Virus record (IMG/VR): IMGVR_UViG_3300008451_000421
Location: 4,562-68,561 of that record
Length of the DNA: 64,000 nucleotides
Direction: 5' to 3' (one strand)
DNA from: a virus
Shown: positions 37,313 through 47,295 of the stretch, piece by piece
How positions within the stretch are numbered: the stretch's first letter is position 1
How the letters are laid out: each line of letters begins with the position of its first letter
Made by a program: the position numbers and the translations under genes
Notes under the pieces: model-generated
What the model was told of the DNA's origin: nothing
The model's database searches: none
What the model saw: only the letters and a program-made list of their open reading frames with translations

Positions 37313-37920
37313 CAGATGTTCTCCAGCTTCAGCAGGCGGCGGAACTCGGCCTCCAGGAAGTCCTCGGCATCAGGGCGCACGTCCTCGCGGACGGCCTTGA
37401 ACACCTGAGCCACCGAGGGGCCGTAGAGCAGCCACAGGTTCTCGCCGATCTGCTTGGGCTTGTAGGCCCCGCGCGGCTTCTCACCGTTGGCGGTGCGGAC
37501 GGCCAGGCCGAGGTTGGACTTGGTGTCCAGTGCCGCCGTGCCGGCGCGCAGCCGGATGGCGAAGGCGCGCGGGAGAAAGCGGGCCCCGCCGCCGGTCTTG
37601 ACCTGCACCCTGACACCCGCCTGCCCAGGTTCGGCGTTCGAGGTGAACCGCGCCAGCGACGTAGCCCGATGGCGGCCGGTGATGCGGGCCTCCAGGTTCG
37701 AGTTGGTGGCTCGCTGCGACACCTCGAGTCGCCCGCCGGCCGGGTCCAGGTAGCGAGCCGGCAGGTTCACCTGCTGACGGATCTGGCGGGCCGAGGCGGT
37801 GCGGGTGCGGTCGGTCGTGCGGTTCACGGCGGCGCGGGCGGCGCGCAGCATCTTCTCGGGCACCTCATCCAGTTCGGACAAGGCGTCGAGACCGTCGATC
37901 ATGACCACGTAGGCGCTCAT
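37312..37920 (-). CDS. Tail completion protein (gpZ-like)
   Basis: AARAAVNRT..LLYGPSVAQVF. Confidence 0.75.
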   Translation of the reverse strand: MSAYVVMIDGLDALSELDEVPEKMLRAARAAVNRTTDRTRTASARQIRQQVNLPARYLDPAGGRLEVSQRATNSNLEARITGRHRATSLARFTSNAEPGQAGVRVQVKTGGGARFLPRAFAIRLRAGTAALDTKSNLGLAVRTANGEKPRGAYKPKQIGENLWLLYGPSVAQVFKAVREDVRPDAEDFLEAEFRRLLKLENI

Positions 37921-38300
37921 TCGGGCACCGGCTGGCCGGAAGGGAACACCTTGGCGATCTGCCCTTCGGACAGTCGGGTGACCTCGGCCGTGACGAACTC
38001 GTCGTCGGCCGGGCGCACGTTGTTGACCTGGTAGACCTCGCCAAGCTCGACGCAGACGAACGCGCCATTGGCGGGTTGCATCTCGGAGCGCTGGAACACC
38101 AGCCGCGGGGTCACGTCCTGCATCTCGGCCCAGCCAGGGCCACCGCCCTTGAGTTCGCCGAGAGCGTTGAATTTCGTGTGGTCGCGAACGCCGACCGGGA
38201 CAGGAGTCCCGGCCGACGACGCAAGGTAAAGCGCCGGGATCTTCATCTTCTCATGAAGGGCCCGGCGCGCGGGGCGCTTGATGTCGTCCCGGAAGGACAT
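37917..38300 (-). CDS. Head-tail joining protein (gpFII-like)
   Basis: Position and size. Confidence 0.65.
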   Translation of the reverse strand: MSFRDDIKRPARRALHEKMKIPALYLASSAGTPVPVGVRDHTKFNALGELKGGGPGWAEMQDVTPRLVFQRSEMQPANGAFVCVELGEVYQVNNVRPADDEFVTAEVTRLSEGQIAKVFPSGQPVPE

Positions 38301-38302
38301 GG

Positions 38303-38635
38303 TTACAGACCCATGTCTTCGTCTTCGGCCTTGGCCGCAGCCTTGCCCTTCTTGGGGGCGGGCTCGGCGGCAGGCTCAGCGGCGACTTCCGGCTCGGGGG
38401 CCGGGGCGGGCTCGTCTTCCAGGTCCTCGTCGTCGCCGACCAGTGCCAGGTCCGACTTGGTCGGGGCACGGACAGCGCCGAGCTTTTCGAGCTGCACGAA
38501 ATCCTTGGACGACAGGCCCGAGAACACGCCGTGGTGCGTCTTGCCTTCCACCACCGAGCCTTTGGCGACAGCGACCAGGCGCTCGCCCGAGTTCTCGTGA
38601 TTGTAGTGGACGGTGCTCAGAGCAACAGCTTGCAT
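38303..38635 (-). CDS. Hypothetical protein after the capsid gene (gpFI position) with acidic DMGL tail
   Basis: Pro/Ala/Glu-rich; ends EDEDMGL. Confidence 0.6.
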   Translation of the reverse strand: MQAVALSTVHYNHENSGERLVAVAKGSVVEGKTHHGVFSGLSSKDFVQLEKLGAVRAPTKSDLALVGDDEDLEDEPAPAPEPEVAAEPAAEPAPKKGKAAAKAEDEDMGL

Positions 38636-38660
38636 ATTGAATCTTCCTCACGAAGTTGAA

Positions 38661-38681
38661 CGGCGGCCACCACGGCCGCCG
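38661..38681 (-). terminator. Hairpin after the major capsid gene
   Basis: CGGCGGCC-accac-GGCCGCCG. Confidence 0.5.
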
Positions 38682-38696
38682 CTCTGGGGTTTGGGG

Positions 38697-39785
38697 TTAG
38701 GCCAGAACCTTGGCCTTCAGGGTGCGGTTCGGGTACAGCATGATCGGCAGCGGGGCCGACTGGTTCATGATGTACAGTTCGCCCGGGTCGTCGGTCTTGA
38801 ACATCTTCGGGAAGATGTCGATCGCCTCGGCCTGGCCCGACTGCATGGCGTCCACGTCGTAGATCGCGCCGTAGGCTTCCACACCCGTAGCGCCCGGGGC
38901 GATCAGAACGATCTCCTTCGGGTTCAGGATGTCGACCATGGTGCCGTTGTCGTTCTCGACCTGGTCGTTGTAGCACCAGATCTCGAGGTTGACACCGATG
39001 CCGCTGAGCGTGGCGATCTTGCTCAGGGGGTTGGTCGTCAGGAACAGGCCGCGCTCCATGGTGGTGGACTCGCCGCCACGGATCTGGGTGCTCAGGAGAG
39101 CAAGGATGCCCTTGTTCTTCTGAATGTACGGCGCGACCGACTTGCCCACCAGCATCATCGCCGGGGTGCCGCCGAACTTGGCAGCCTGCATGGTAGCAGT
39201 CCAGGCGTTGAGGTCGCCGATGATGTCGTAGTCCGGGTCGCTCCAGAAGGAGCTGGCCAGAACCACGGTGTGGCCGGCGTCACGACCGAAGTCGATGGTC
39301 ACCTCGGGGAAGGTCGAGCCCGAGTCGCGATCGTACTTCACCGTCACCTTGCCGTCGATGAAGGCGCGGGCGGCCATCCAGGCGATCTGCATCCGAATGG
39401 CGCGACGATGGAAGTCCATGACCTCCACGGCGCGAGCATCGAAACGCTCCTGCAGGCTGGGGACGGCGTTGCGCAGCAGTTGGCTCGGACGGATCGTCCG
39501 GGCGTCCGTGGGGCGAACGGCGTCCTTCGGCTTGATGTAGGGCGGGGTGAAGGACTTCACCTTCTCGCCCTTCGCGCCGAAGATCGGCTTGCCCTGCTCG
39601 GTCGGCAGGACGAACGGAGCCAGCTTGCGACCAGCCACCGGCAGTTCGGAGAAGATGATCTCCTTGTCCGACGAGTAGTGCGTCTGGTTGAAGTAGGTGT
39701 CCAGGAAGTAGGACGGGATCGGATCCAGACGATCGTCACGGAGGACGTCGTACAGGTCCGCATTGGTCCAGAGTTCGAGAGCCAT
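38697..39785 (-). CDS. Major capsid protein (lambda gpE family)
   Basis: YFLDTYF..LAPFVLP..FTPPYIKPK..IDFGRD..QSAPLP. Confidence 0.92.
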   Translation of the reverse strand: MALELWTNADLYDVLRDDRLDPIPSYFLDTYFNQTHYSSDKEIIFSELPVAGRKLAPFVLPTEQGKPIFGAKGEKVKSFTPPYIKPKDAVRPTDARTIRPSQLLRNAVPSLQERFDARAVEVMDFHRRAIRMQIAWMAARAFIDGKVTVKYDRDSGSTFPEVTIDFGRDAGHTVVLASSFWSDPDYDIIGDLNAWTATMQAAKFGGTPAMMLVGKSVAPYIQKNKGILALLSTQIRGGESTTMERGLFLTTNPLSKIATLSGIGVNLEIWCYNDQVENDNGTMVDILNPKEIVLIAPGATGVEAYGAIYDVDAMQSGQAEAIDIFPKMFKTDDPGELYIMNQSAPLPIMLYPNRTLKAKVLA

Positions 39786-39814
39786 CGGTTTTTACCTTTC
39801 CTGATTTTCGCGGC

Positions 39815-40612
39815 TTAGACCGAGGCGGTCTTCGGACGACGGATGATGATGGAAGTCGGCGACGGAGCACCGCGGAAGGCCGAGAACTTCTCCAGGTCGG
39901 TGGAGAAGGAGGCACCCCAGGTCAGGGCGTCGGGGTTGAAGCAGCCGGCCCGATAGACCGGAGCACCCTTCTTGGTGCCGCTCGGGCCCGTGGTCACGTC
40001 GGTCAGCAGGATGCCGATCGCGCGGGTGACGGGAAGGGCGGTACCGCCGGTCAGGGTGGACGCGCCGAACGACGCCACGGTGCTGGTCTCGGTCGTGGCG
40101 ATCGAGTTGCCGGCCGTGCCGCCGACCTTGGCGACCAGGTTGACCACGCCAGCAGCGCCGGCCGAGGCCACCACGTCCGCGTGCGAGTCGGTCAGGCTAC
40201 CGTAGAGGCTGCCGGCACCAGCGCCGCCGTTGATGGCCGCGATCAGGTTGGCCGCCGTTTCAGTGGCGGTCGCGCCGATCTTGACTTCGTTGGCGACGGT
40301 CGTGGGCGCAGCGCGCAGGGTGTAGACCTTCGAGCCGATGGTGATCGTCTCGGCAGCGACACCGACGTTGGTGAACGTCAGAGCGCCCGAGGCTTCCACG
40401 GTCGAGGTGGCCGCGACGATGTCGCCATCGGCGTTCTGGCCAACCACGGTCAGGGCGGCCAGGGTCTGGTTCAGAGCCACCAGCATGTCCTCGACGAGGA
40501 TGGGCGGTTCGTGACCAGTGATCAGCGCGACGTCGGCCGCCGCGATGGTGTCATCCCACTGGGTCGGGATGCCGGCCGACTGGGACTTGTTCGGGATAGT
40601 GATCGCAACCAT
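39815..40612 (-). CDS. Head decoration protein (gpD-like) with an inserted domain
   Basis: AIGILL..APVYRAGCFNPDALTW; 265 aa. Confidence 0.8.
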   Translation of the reverse strand: MVAITIPNKSQSAGIPTQWDDTIAAADVALITGHEPPILVEDMLVALNQTLAALTVVGQNADGDIVAATSTVEASGALTFTNVGVAAETITIGSKVYTLRAAPTTVANEVKIGATATETAANLIAAINGGAGAGSLYGSLTDSHADVVASAGAAGVVNLVAKVGGTAGNSIATTETSTVASFGASTLTGGTALPVTRAIGILLTDVTTGPSGTKKGAPVYRAGCFNPDALTWGASFSTDLEKFSAFRGAPSPTSIIIRRPKTASV

Positions 40613-40648
40613 TGCGTTGCCCTTTCAGAGCTTGAGGATTCCGAGAAC

Positions 40649-41965
40649 TTAGGCCGCGCTGCGGGGCTTCTTGCCCATCAGAGCGAAAGCACGATCGGCG
40701 CGCGACGTTTGAGCGCCGTCACCCGAGCCACCCACGTTCGGGTTGCCGGTGGCTTCCATGGCCGCGTCGAACGCATTGCCGACGCCGCCGGCCGAGGTGC
40801 CCTGGTTGGCGGGCTCCTGAGCGACTTCAGCCTTGGCTTCGGTCGGCAGCTTGGACAGGAACGCGGCGGCTTGGTCGGCGCTCATGTCGGTGTCCAGAGC
40901 AGCGGCCAGGGCAGCCGTGGGGCGGTCCTTGGCGGATTCGCTGCCGAGGATGGCGACGATGCGCGACTTCTCGCTGGTGCGACCTTCGGCAACGCCTTCA
41001 GCGCGGGCGCTGGCGACGGCGGCGGTGTGGGCGGCCTGATCGACCGCCGTGGTGTTAGCCTCAACGGCCATCTTCTCTTCTCCTTCGTCCGGGGACATAT
41101 CCGCCGCAAATGCGGCCACAGCGTCGTCGAGCGAGCCGATGGAGTCGGCCAGACCGATAGACACAGCTTGAGGGGCGTTGAAGGTCGCGGCCTCGGTGTC
41201 CCGGACAGCCTGCTCCTCCATGCCTCGATTTCGCGCTACGCTGGCGACGAAGATGTCCATCAGGGCGTCGATACGCTCCTGGATGCGCGCCTTCACGGCC
41301 TTGGGCAGCGGCTCGTAGGGGTTCCCGTCGACCTTGTGCTTGCCGGCGTGAATGTAGGTGATCTTGACACCGCGCTGGCTCATGGCCTCGCTCATGTCCA
41401 TGTGCATGGTGACCACGCCGATGCTGCCGACGCCGCCCGTGCGAGACACGGTGATCTTGTCGGCGACCGAGGCGATCGAGTAGGCGGCCGAGTAGGCGGC
41501 CTCGTGGGCAAACGCCTGCACCGGCTTGGTGCCGCGATAGGCGAACATCTTGTCGACCAGGTCGAAGTTGCCGGCCACCTCGCCGCCCGGGCTGTGGCAC
41601 ATCAGGGCGATGCGCTTCACCTCGGGATCGGTCATGCCACGCTCGAACGCCTTGGCGATGTAGACGTAGCCGGTAAGCCAGTCGCCCACGGCCCAGCCGA
41701 AGTCGTGCAGCAGCACACCCTTGACCGGGATGAACAGCGTGCCGTCCTTGACGACATAGGGGCGGTAGCTCGAACGCCAGTCGTCCGGGGCGAACCAGAA
41801 GTCGTCGGCCATCTGAGGCTGATCAACCTGGGCCGCCATGCGCTGCTCGAACGCGGTGACAGCGACCAGGCCCTGGTTCAGGCACGACTCGAACGTGGCA
41901 TGCGCCTCTTCGGCCACCAGCGACTCAGCGCCCGAGAAGCGCGCGAGGAAGTGGTTCGTGATCAT
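40649..41965 (-). CDS. Prohead protease/scaffold, S49 family (gpC/Nu3)
   Basis: SPGGEV..AYSAAYSIAS..TGGVGSIGV. Confidence 0.92.
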   Translation of the reverse strand: MITNHFLARFSGAESLVAEEAHATFESCLNQGLVAVTAFEQRMAAQVDQPQMADDFWFAPDDWRSSYRPYVVKDGTLFIPVKGVLLHDFGWAVGDWLTGYVYIAKAFERGMTDPEVKRIALMCHSPGGEVAGNFDLVDKMFAYRGTKPVQAFAHEAAYSAAYSIASVADKITVSRTGGVGSIGVVTMHMDMSEAMSQRGVKITYIHAGKHKVDGNPYEPLPKAVKARIQERIDALMDIFVASVARNRGMEEQAVRDTEAATFNAPQAVSIGLADSIGSLDDAVAAFAADMSPDEGEEKMAVEANTTAVDQAAHTAAVASARAEGVAEGRTSEKSRIVAILGSESAKDRPTAALAAALDTDMSADQAAAFLSKLPTEAKAEVAQEPANQGTSAGGVGNAFDAAMEATGNPNVGGSGDGAQTSRADRAFALMGKKPRSAA

Positions 41966-43710
41966 TTCGCCGTCTCCTCGATCGCGGTAAGGCGATCATC
42001 AAGATCAGCCAGTTGGGACTGCGCAACCGAAGCCTTGGTGCCGCGGCTGCCGCTGGCGGCGTTCATCTGGTTGGTCGTGTCGGTCGGGTCGGGCAGCACG
42101 TCGTAGCGCTCTTTGGCCTTCTTCTCGCGAGACAGTTGGCGCAGAACCTTGCGGTAGTCCTGACCCAGGCGGGCCAGTTCGTACTCCAGCGTCGACAGGC
42201 CGTTGTTGATCCGCAGGACAGCCGCCTGCGTCTCTTTCAACTCGTCGATCTGGCCGCGCGAGGCACCGATCCAGTCGCACACCGCCAGGGCGTCGAGGTT
42301 CATGCCCTCGTACAGCCAGCCGCGCGGACGGCGGGGCATCGACGAGATCCGACCCTTGTTCAGCGCCTCTTCCAGCCACAGCCGGTAGATGATCGAGGCG
42401 AAGCGGTCGGCCACGGCCTTCTTGCGCGCCTGCATGAACTTCCAGGTCTCGGCCATGGAAGCCCGGGCCGAGCTGTAGTTCGTCTGGGTGTAGTCGCGCG
42501 AAAGCTGCTCGTAGGAGACGCCGAGGTTGGCGGCCAGGTAGCGCAGCATCGACTGCTCGAGGTCCGACCCGATCGGGCCGCCCGAGCCGGCCGGCTGCAG
42601 CTTCATCTTGGTGCCGGGGAAGAAGTGCGGGATCTTCACCCCGTCGATCTGCATCGCCTTGGAACTGCCGACGTACTCGCCGATCGCGCCCAGGTAGCCC
42701 TCGGCGTAGTTGGTGATCGCCTCTTGGATGGAGTCGGCGTCGAGGTTGCCACCGCCAAGCGACTGGAACACCGCCTCGGACGGCAGATCGGACTCGATGG
42801 ACGCGGCGTAGGTCGCGTTGACCACGGCGTTCTGGAGCGAGACGCTGCGCAGGCTCTTGATCATCCGCGACTCTTTGAGCGCCGACACCATTTCCGAGAT
42901 GCCCCGGCTCTGGTCGATCCGGTTGGGCTCGAAGATGTGGATCATCTGCATCCGACCCCAGGGCTTGCGGATGGGGATGCGCTTCCACTGCCAGGCGTCG
43001 GGGTTGCCGTAGTCGCTCGGGTGGGCCTTGCGGATGTGGTAGGCGATCGGGGCGTTGCGAGCGTCAAGCTCCACGCCGCCACGGATGCGGTCGTTCAGGC
43101 TCATCGACGGGGGGTTCGACAGACGATCGGTGTCGATCATCTGGATCGCGGTCGTAAACGGACGGTCGGAGTCCTTCAGGAACTCGACGGAGGCCAGCAC
43201 CTCGCCGGCCGACACGTAGACGCCGACGACCAGACGGATCATGGCCGTCAGGCTGAACCGGCGGCTGGCGTCGATCCAGTTGTCGAGGCTCTCGGCGGCG
43301 AGGGTGAACTTCTCCTCGACCTCCTCCTGGAACTCTTCCTCCCAGGTCTCGTCGAAGCCTTTGCCCAGGGCCCGCAGTGCAGGCTTGGCGTTCAGCGTGA
43401 ACGACGCACCAACGATGTTGTCGCGGTGCAGGTTCGCGCCGCCGGCCACGTAGGCGTCGTTGCGCAGCGTGTCGCGCGTCCGGGCGTCCACGGTGCGTTT
43501 TTCCGGCAGCATCTCGGCGTCGGCCGAGCGCAGCGGGGGCGACCACAGGGCCATCGTGTTGTCGTGACGGCTCGCGCCCTCGTAGGCCCCGCCGATCGCT
43601 TGCTCGCCGCCCACCCCGGTCGTGTGAACTTGCGGGGCGGGCGGGACTGCGGGGCTGGCGTCGTGGGCCACCGTGCCGAGCAGGTCTTGGATTTCAGGGT
43701 CGAGGTTCAA
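41962..43710 (-). CDS. Portal protein, lambda family
   Basis: ARTRDTLRNDAY..LGVSYEQLSRDYTQTNYSSAR. Confidence 0.93.
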   Translation of the reverse strand: MNLDPEIQDLLGTVAHDASPAVPPAPQVHTTGVGGEQAIGGAYEGASRHDNTMALWSPPLRSADAEMLPEKRTVDARTRDTLRNDAYVAGGANLHRDNIVGASFTLNAKPALRALGKGFDETWEEEFQEEVEEKFTLAAESLDNWIDASRRFSLTAMIRLVVGVYVSAGEVLASVEFLKDSDRPFTTAIQMIDTDRLSNPPSMSLNDRIRGGVELDARNAPIAYHIRKAHPSDYGNPDAWQWKRIPIRKPWGRMQMIHIFEPNRIDQSRGISEMVSALKESRMIKSLRSVSLQNAVVNATYAASIESDLPSEAVFQSLGGGNLDADSIQEAITNYAEGYLGAIGEYVGSSKAMQIDGVKIPHFFPGTKMKLQPAGSGGPIGSDLEQSMLRYLAANLGVSYEQLSRDYTQTNYSSARASMAETWKFMQARKKAVADRFASIIYRLWLEEALNKGRISSMPRRPRGWLYEGMNLDALAVCDWIGASRGQIDELKETQAAVLRINNGLSTLEYELARLGQDYRKVLRQLSREKKAKERYDVLPDPTDTTNQMNAASGSRGTKASVAQSQLADLDDRLTAIEETAK

Positions 43711-43916
43711 AAGAACACACGCATCGGACCGCTCGGCGTCCCGCCTGCGGTCTGACCCTTCAAGCCGTTGATGTAGGAGAGGAGCTTGCTGGCGCTTGCG
43801 GCCGTGTACTGGACCTCTTCGCCGTTCTGGTCTTTGAAGCGCGCGACGGCCTGTCCGGTCATCAGCTTGTGATACGCGGCCTCGGCATCGCTGAGAAGTT
43901 CGGCTGTGGTCGCCAT
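43707..43916 (-). CDS. Head-to-tail joining protein gpW
   Basis: AEAAYHKLMTG..GEEVQYTAAS..L.SYI. Confidence 0.85.
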   Translation of the reverse strand: MATTAELLSDAEAAYHKLMTGQAVARFKDQNGEEVQYTAASASKLLSYINGLKGQTAGGTPSGPMRVFF

Positions 43917-43994
43917 AGTTCCTTACGCGGTCAGAACGGCCAGTGTCAGAAAGTCATAATCACAAATAGGTTGAAACGCCAAGCGGAAGTTGAA

Positions 43995-46109
43995 CTATGC
44001 CAACTGCTCGGCCAGTTTCGACAAGTCGCGAACACGCTTGGGCTTTGCCGAAAACGGCAGCACCTCTTCACCGCCGAACACCAGGTCGTTCTCGTGCCAG
44101 TCGGCCGCCCAGGTCGGCGGGTTCATCCAGTCGATGTGCTCGATGCGGATCGTCGTGTGCAGGCAGATCGCCAGGCAGTAGTAGAGAAGGTCGAAAGCCT
44201 CATTTCGTTTTGAGACCGTCCCGCCGTTGACATTGACCCATCCTTTCTCGGTGCGGATTTCCGTGGTGAGTTGTCGGTACAGCCAGTCCTCGGCCCAGTG
44301 CGGGAAATGGACCATGCCCACGGCCCTGATCGGCGCACCATCGGCAGTGTCGTCGCGGCCGAGCATCGCAGCCACCTGATCCTTGAGCGTCGTCGAGTTG
44401 ATGAACAGCACCGGCACGTCGCCGCGAGCGCCCGAGTGGCGGTCCTTGCGCTGGGCATCCGGGTAGCCCAGGCGGATCCGTGGGGCGGACTTGCTCGGCT
44501 CGCCCTTGACCAGCAGGAAGCGCTTGTAGAGGTCGTTGCGCTCGGTGCGCAGGTAGCGCGAGAAGTTGTAGGCGTTGGGCGTCACGCCCTCCTGGCCGCC
44601 CGAGTCGCTCGCCGTCATCTTGATCATCATGCGCCGGCCGCTGCCGTCGCCGAGCGGGTAGGTCTTCAACATCACCTCGTCGATGATCGTCAGCCAGTCC
44701 TCAGGGTAGGCGGCCGGGTCGATCGGCATCGGGTCGTTGTCTTCGTCGAGGCGCTTGGACTTCCTGATCTTGAACATGTCGACCAGGTAGATGTCGCCAC
44801 CGGGGCCGATGCCGTGGACCTGCACGACAAAGCTGCGGGCCTGCACGTCAATCGTCGCGACCAGGAAGCGTGCGCCGGCCGGCACAACAGGCTCGGCCGC
44901 CGTGCCGCCCCAGTCCTCGGCGCGGTTCTTGAGCGTCTCGGGCAGGCGATCAGACAGGCGGGACTTCGAGATGTAGTAGTCGCCCTGGTCGGTCGTGATC
45001 GTCTTGCGCAGCGGCATCTCGTCGCCGGTCGCCTCGTAGGCGGCCTCGGCGCGCAGATAGTTCAGCACGATCTTGTCCCAGTCCTGGAACGCGGCTGCAG
45101 GACCCTTCATCCAGAACGACGCGATGTCCGACCGGATCACCCGGTGACCGTTGCGCTGGACGATGTCGCCTTCCGGCCGCCAGATCATCCCGTCCTTCAC
45201 CCACCGGCCGGCGACGTTCAGCTCCTCCTTGAACTCCGGGCCCATGGGGAACCCGTCGTGCGGACAGACGAGCGTGACTTGCTCGGCCGCCTCCATCATG
45301 TCCTCGCTCTTGGGGTAGCTGAACAGCTTGAACGACGGCTCGAAGGCGCTGTGGCATTGCGGGCAGCGCCAGTTCCAGCGCCGCCGGTCGCCTCGATTGT
45401 AGAACTCGAAGATGCCGCGAATCGGTGGAGCCTCGTGCGGGGTGCGTGGCGTCCACTTCGGGTCGGCGATCTCCTTGTCCGGGTTGGGCGAGGACTCGAC
45501 GGCGGTCATGCCGAAGCGCTTGAAGGTCTCGGCGCGCTTGGAGGTCAGGCCGTAGACATCGCCTTCGCCGTCGATGTCGTCGGAGATCCGGTCGGCGTCC
45601 ATGATGAAGTTGCGCCGGATCGTCTTGCCCGACAGGTTGGTGGCGGTCGGCCAGGTGACCAGCAGCCGCATCCCCGACAGGAACTCCTTGTCGAAGGTGT
45701 TGTCGTTCTGGCGGCCCGGGCGCAGCAGCTTTTTGATCTCGGGGCTGTCGCGCAGCATCTTGTCCAGGTCGCGCTTGGACCAGTCGCGCGCGGTGTGCTG
45801 GGTCATGTGGACGACCATCATGTCCGATGGGTCGGTCTTGGCGGTGTGCGCCACCCAGTTCAGGGCCAGTTGCGACTTGCCGGTACGCGCCGGCCCGACG
45901 AACGCCATGCCGGTGTAGTCGAGGCTGGTCAGCACCTCCTGCGGCTCGACCAGGTAGGGTGCTTTGCGCTCGGACCAGAAGCCCACGTAGGAGCCCGGCT
46001 GCCGGATGAAGACGTACTTCTTGGCGGCCTCGACCACGGTCAGTTGCTCGGGCGGCGAGAGCGCTGTGAAGGTCTGGGCGACCATGTCCTCCAGCGAGAT
46101 GAACGCCAC
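43995..46109 (-). CDS. Terminase large subunit (GpA family)
   Basis: GPARTGKS; GDRRRWNWRCPQC; TIDVQ; RNEAFDLLYY. Confidence 0.93.
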   Translation of the reverse strand: MAFISLEDMVAQTFTALSPPEQLTVVEAAKKYVFIRQPGSYVGFWSERKAPYLVEPQEVLTSLDYTGMAFVGPARTGKSQLALNWVAHTAKTDPSDMMVVHMTQHTARDWSKRDLDKMLRDSPEIKKLLRPGRQNDNTFDKEFLSGMRLLVTWPTATNLSGKTIRRNFIMDADRISDDIDGEGDVYGLTSKRAETFKRFGMTAVESSPNPDKEIADPKWTPRTPHEAPPIRGIFEFYNRGDRRRWNWRCPQCHSAFEPSFKLFSYPKSEDMMEAAEQVTLVCPHDGFPMGPEFKEELNVAGRWVKDGMIWRPEGDIVQRNGHRVIRSDIASFWMKGPAAAFQDWDKIVLNYLRAEAAYEATGDEMPLRKTITTDQGDYYISKSRLSDRLPETLKNRAEDWGGTAAEPVVPAGARFLVATIDVQARSFVVQVHGIGPGGDIYLVDMFKIRKSKRLDEDNDPMPIDPAAYPEDWLTIIDEVMLKTYPLGDGSGRRMMIKMTASDSGGQEGVTPNAYNFSRYLRTERNDLYKRFLLVKGEPSKSAPRIRLGYPDAQRKDRHSGARGDVPVLFINSTTLKDQVAAMLGRDDTADGAPIRAVGMVHFPHWAEDWLYRQLTTEIRTEKGWVNVNGGTVSKRNEAFDLLYYCLAICLHTTIRIEHIDWMNPPTWAADWHENDLVFGGEEVLPFSAKPKRVRDLSKLAEQLA

Positions 46110-46843
46110 TACTCTTCGTCCTCGTAATCGTCAAAGTCAGCCAGGGCCGCGGCGTCCTGCTGCGCCATCTCCTGATCCAAGGCCCGCACCATGCTCTCGG
46201 TGCGCCGCATCTTGGGCATCTCGCAGAGCTTGGCCCTGACCTCATCCAGCAGGTCGGTGACACTTTGGCGCAGGGCGTTGTAGTCCTCGGTCGAGATGTT
46301 GACCTTGCCCGGCAGATCCTCGATCCACAGCAGGCTCACGTCGCGGATCATCATCGCCGTGGAGCCGAGCACCTCGAGCACGTCTTCGTCGCGCCAGGTC
46401 TGCTTGGCCTCCTTCTCCCACGCCTGCTTGGACCGCATCGCCTTCCAGAACTGGTCGTTGATGTGGTGCGGCAGATCCTGGGCCCGCTGGCTCTTGATCC
46501 ACGACTCGATGTCGATCTTCGGATCCACGAGATGCTGGGCGGCCACGACGAAGTCCCAGCGCGGGACCTGCTTACCTTTGTGCTCGGCATACTCGGCCAC
46601 GGGAGCCTTCATCATCTTCTTGAGCACCGTGCGCTGCTCGATGCGGAAGACGTCGGCCAGGAACTTCACGCCCACCGGGCGGTAGAACATCGCGAGGTCG
46701 GGTAGCAGGATCTTGCCGCCTGCGGTGCCGGCAGCCTCAGCCGCCAAGCGGGCAGCTCGCTCCTCGTTGGTCTTGCGCCCGGGCTTTCCCTTCGGCCGGG
46801 CGGGCGTGACGTCGCCCAACAGGTCGTCATCATCGTCGATCAT
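46109..46843 (-). CDS. Terminase small subunit
   Basis: Immediately upstream of TerL; HTH-like segment; N-terminal DDDDDLLG. Confidence 0.7.
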   Translation of the reverse strand: MIDDDDDLLGDVTPARPKGKPGRKTNEERAARLAAEAAGTAGGKILLPDLAMFYRPVGVKFLADVFRIEQRTVLKKMMKAPVAEYAEHKGKQVPRWDFVVAAQHLVDPKIDIESWIKSQRAQDLPHHINDQFWKAMRSKQAWEKEAKQTWRDEDVLEVLGSTAMMIRDVSLLWIEDLPGKVNISTEDYNALRQSVTDLLDEVRAKLCEMPKMRRTESMVRALDQEMAQQDAAALADFDDYEDEE

Positions 46844-47088
46844 CGGGCGTCACGCTTTTGCTGCTGCCACTCGTCGACCTCGTCGCTGGGCCAGTATACG
46901 ATCGCGCCGTCCTTGCGGCCCTGCGGGAACAGGCCGGCGTCCATGCGCCGATAGAGCGTGGCGCGGGAATAGCCGGTGCGCTTGAGCACCTCGGGAAGCC
47001 GAAGATGTCGGACGTCCGGGGGTGTCGGGATCGGGTCGATCACTATGGCCCTCCTTGAGACCGCGTGAGATTTGACCTTAATCACCAC
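46840..47088 (-). CDS. AlpA-family HTH regulator/excisionase
   Basis: LRLPEVLKRTGYSRATLYRRMDAGLFP..W..EVDEW. Confidence 0.85.
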   Translation of the reverse strand: MVIKVKSHAVSRRAIVIDPIPTPPDVRHLRLPEVLKRTGYSRATLYRRMDAGLFPQGRKDGAIVYWPSDEVDEWQQQKRDAR

Positions 47089-47180
47089 GAGGTTGAAATC
47101 GCAACCCCTTGTCTTCTCACAAGTCGCGTGCGAGGTTCAAGCGTCCAAGCCCTGCGGCGACGACATGGGTCTCCCCGACT

Positions 47181-47217
47181 GGCCCCGGTAGCTTCGGTTG
47201 CCGGGGCCTTTTTTATT
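47181..47217 (+). terminator. Rho-independent terminator
   Basis: GGCCCCGGTAGC-ttcg-GTTGCCGGGGCC followed by TTTTTT. Confidence 0.85.
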
Positions 47218-47266
47218 CAACATCGTGTTGACATTTATCAATCGCGGTGAGACGGTCACATTCAAC
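47217..47266 (+). promoter_or_regulatory. Operator/promoter box
   Basis: TCAACATCGTGTTGACA-N20-GGTC-N4-TCAAC. Confidence 0.8.
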
Positions 47267-47295
47267 GGGGATCAGCCCCGATTGGAGATCTCATC

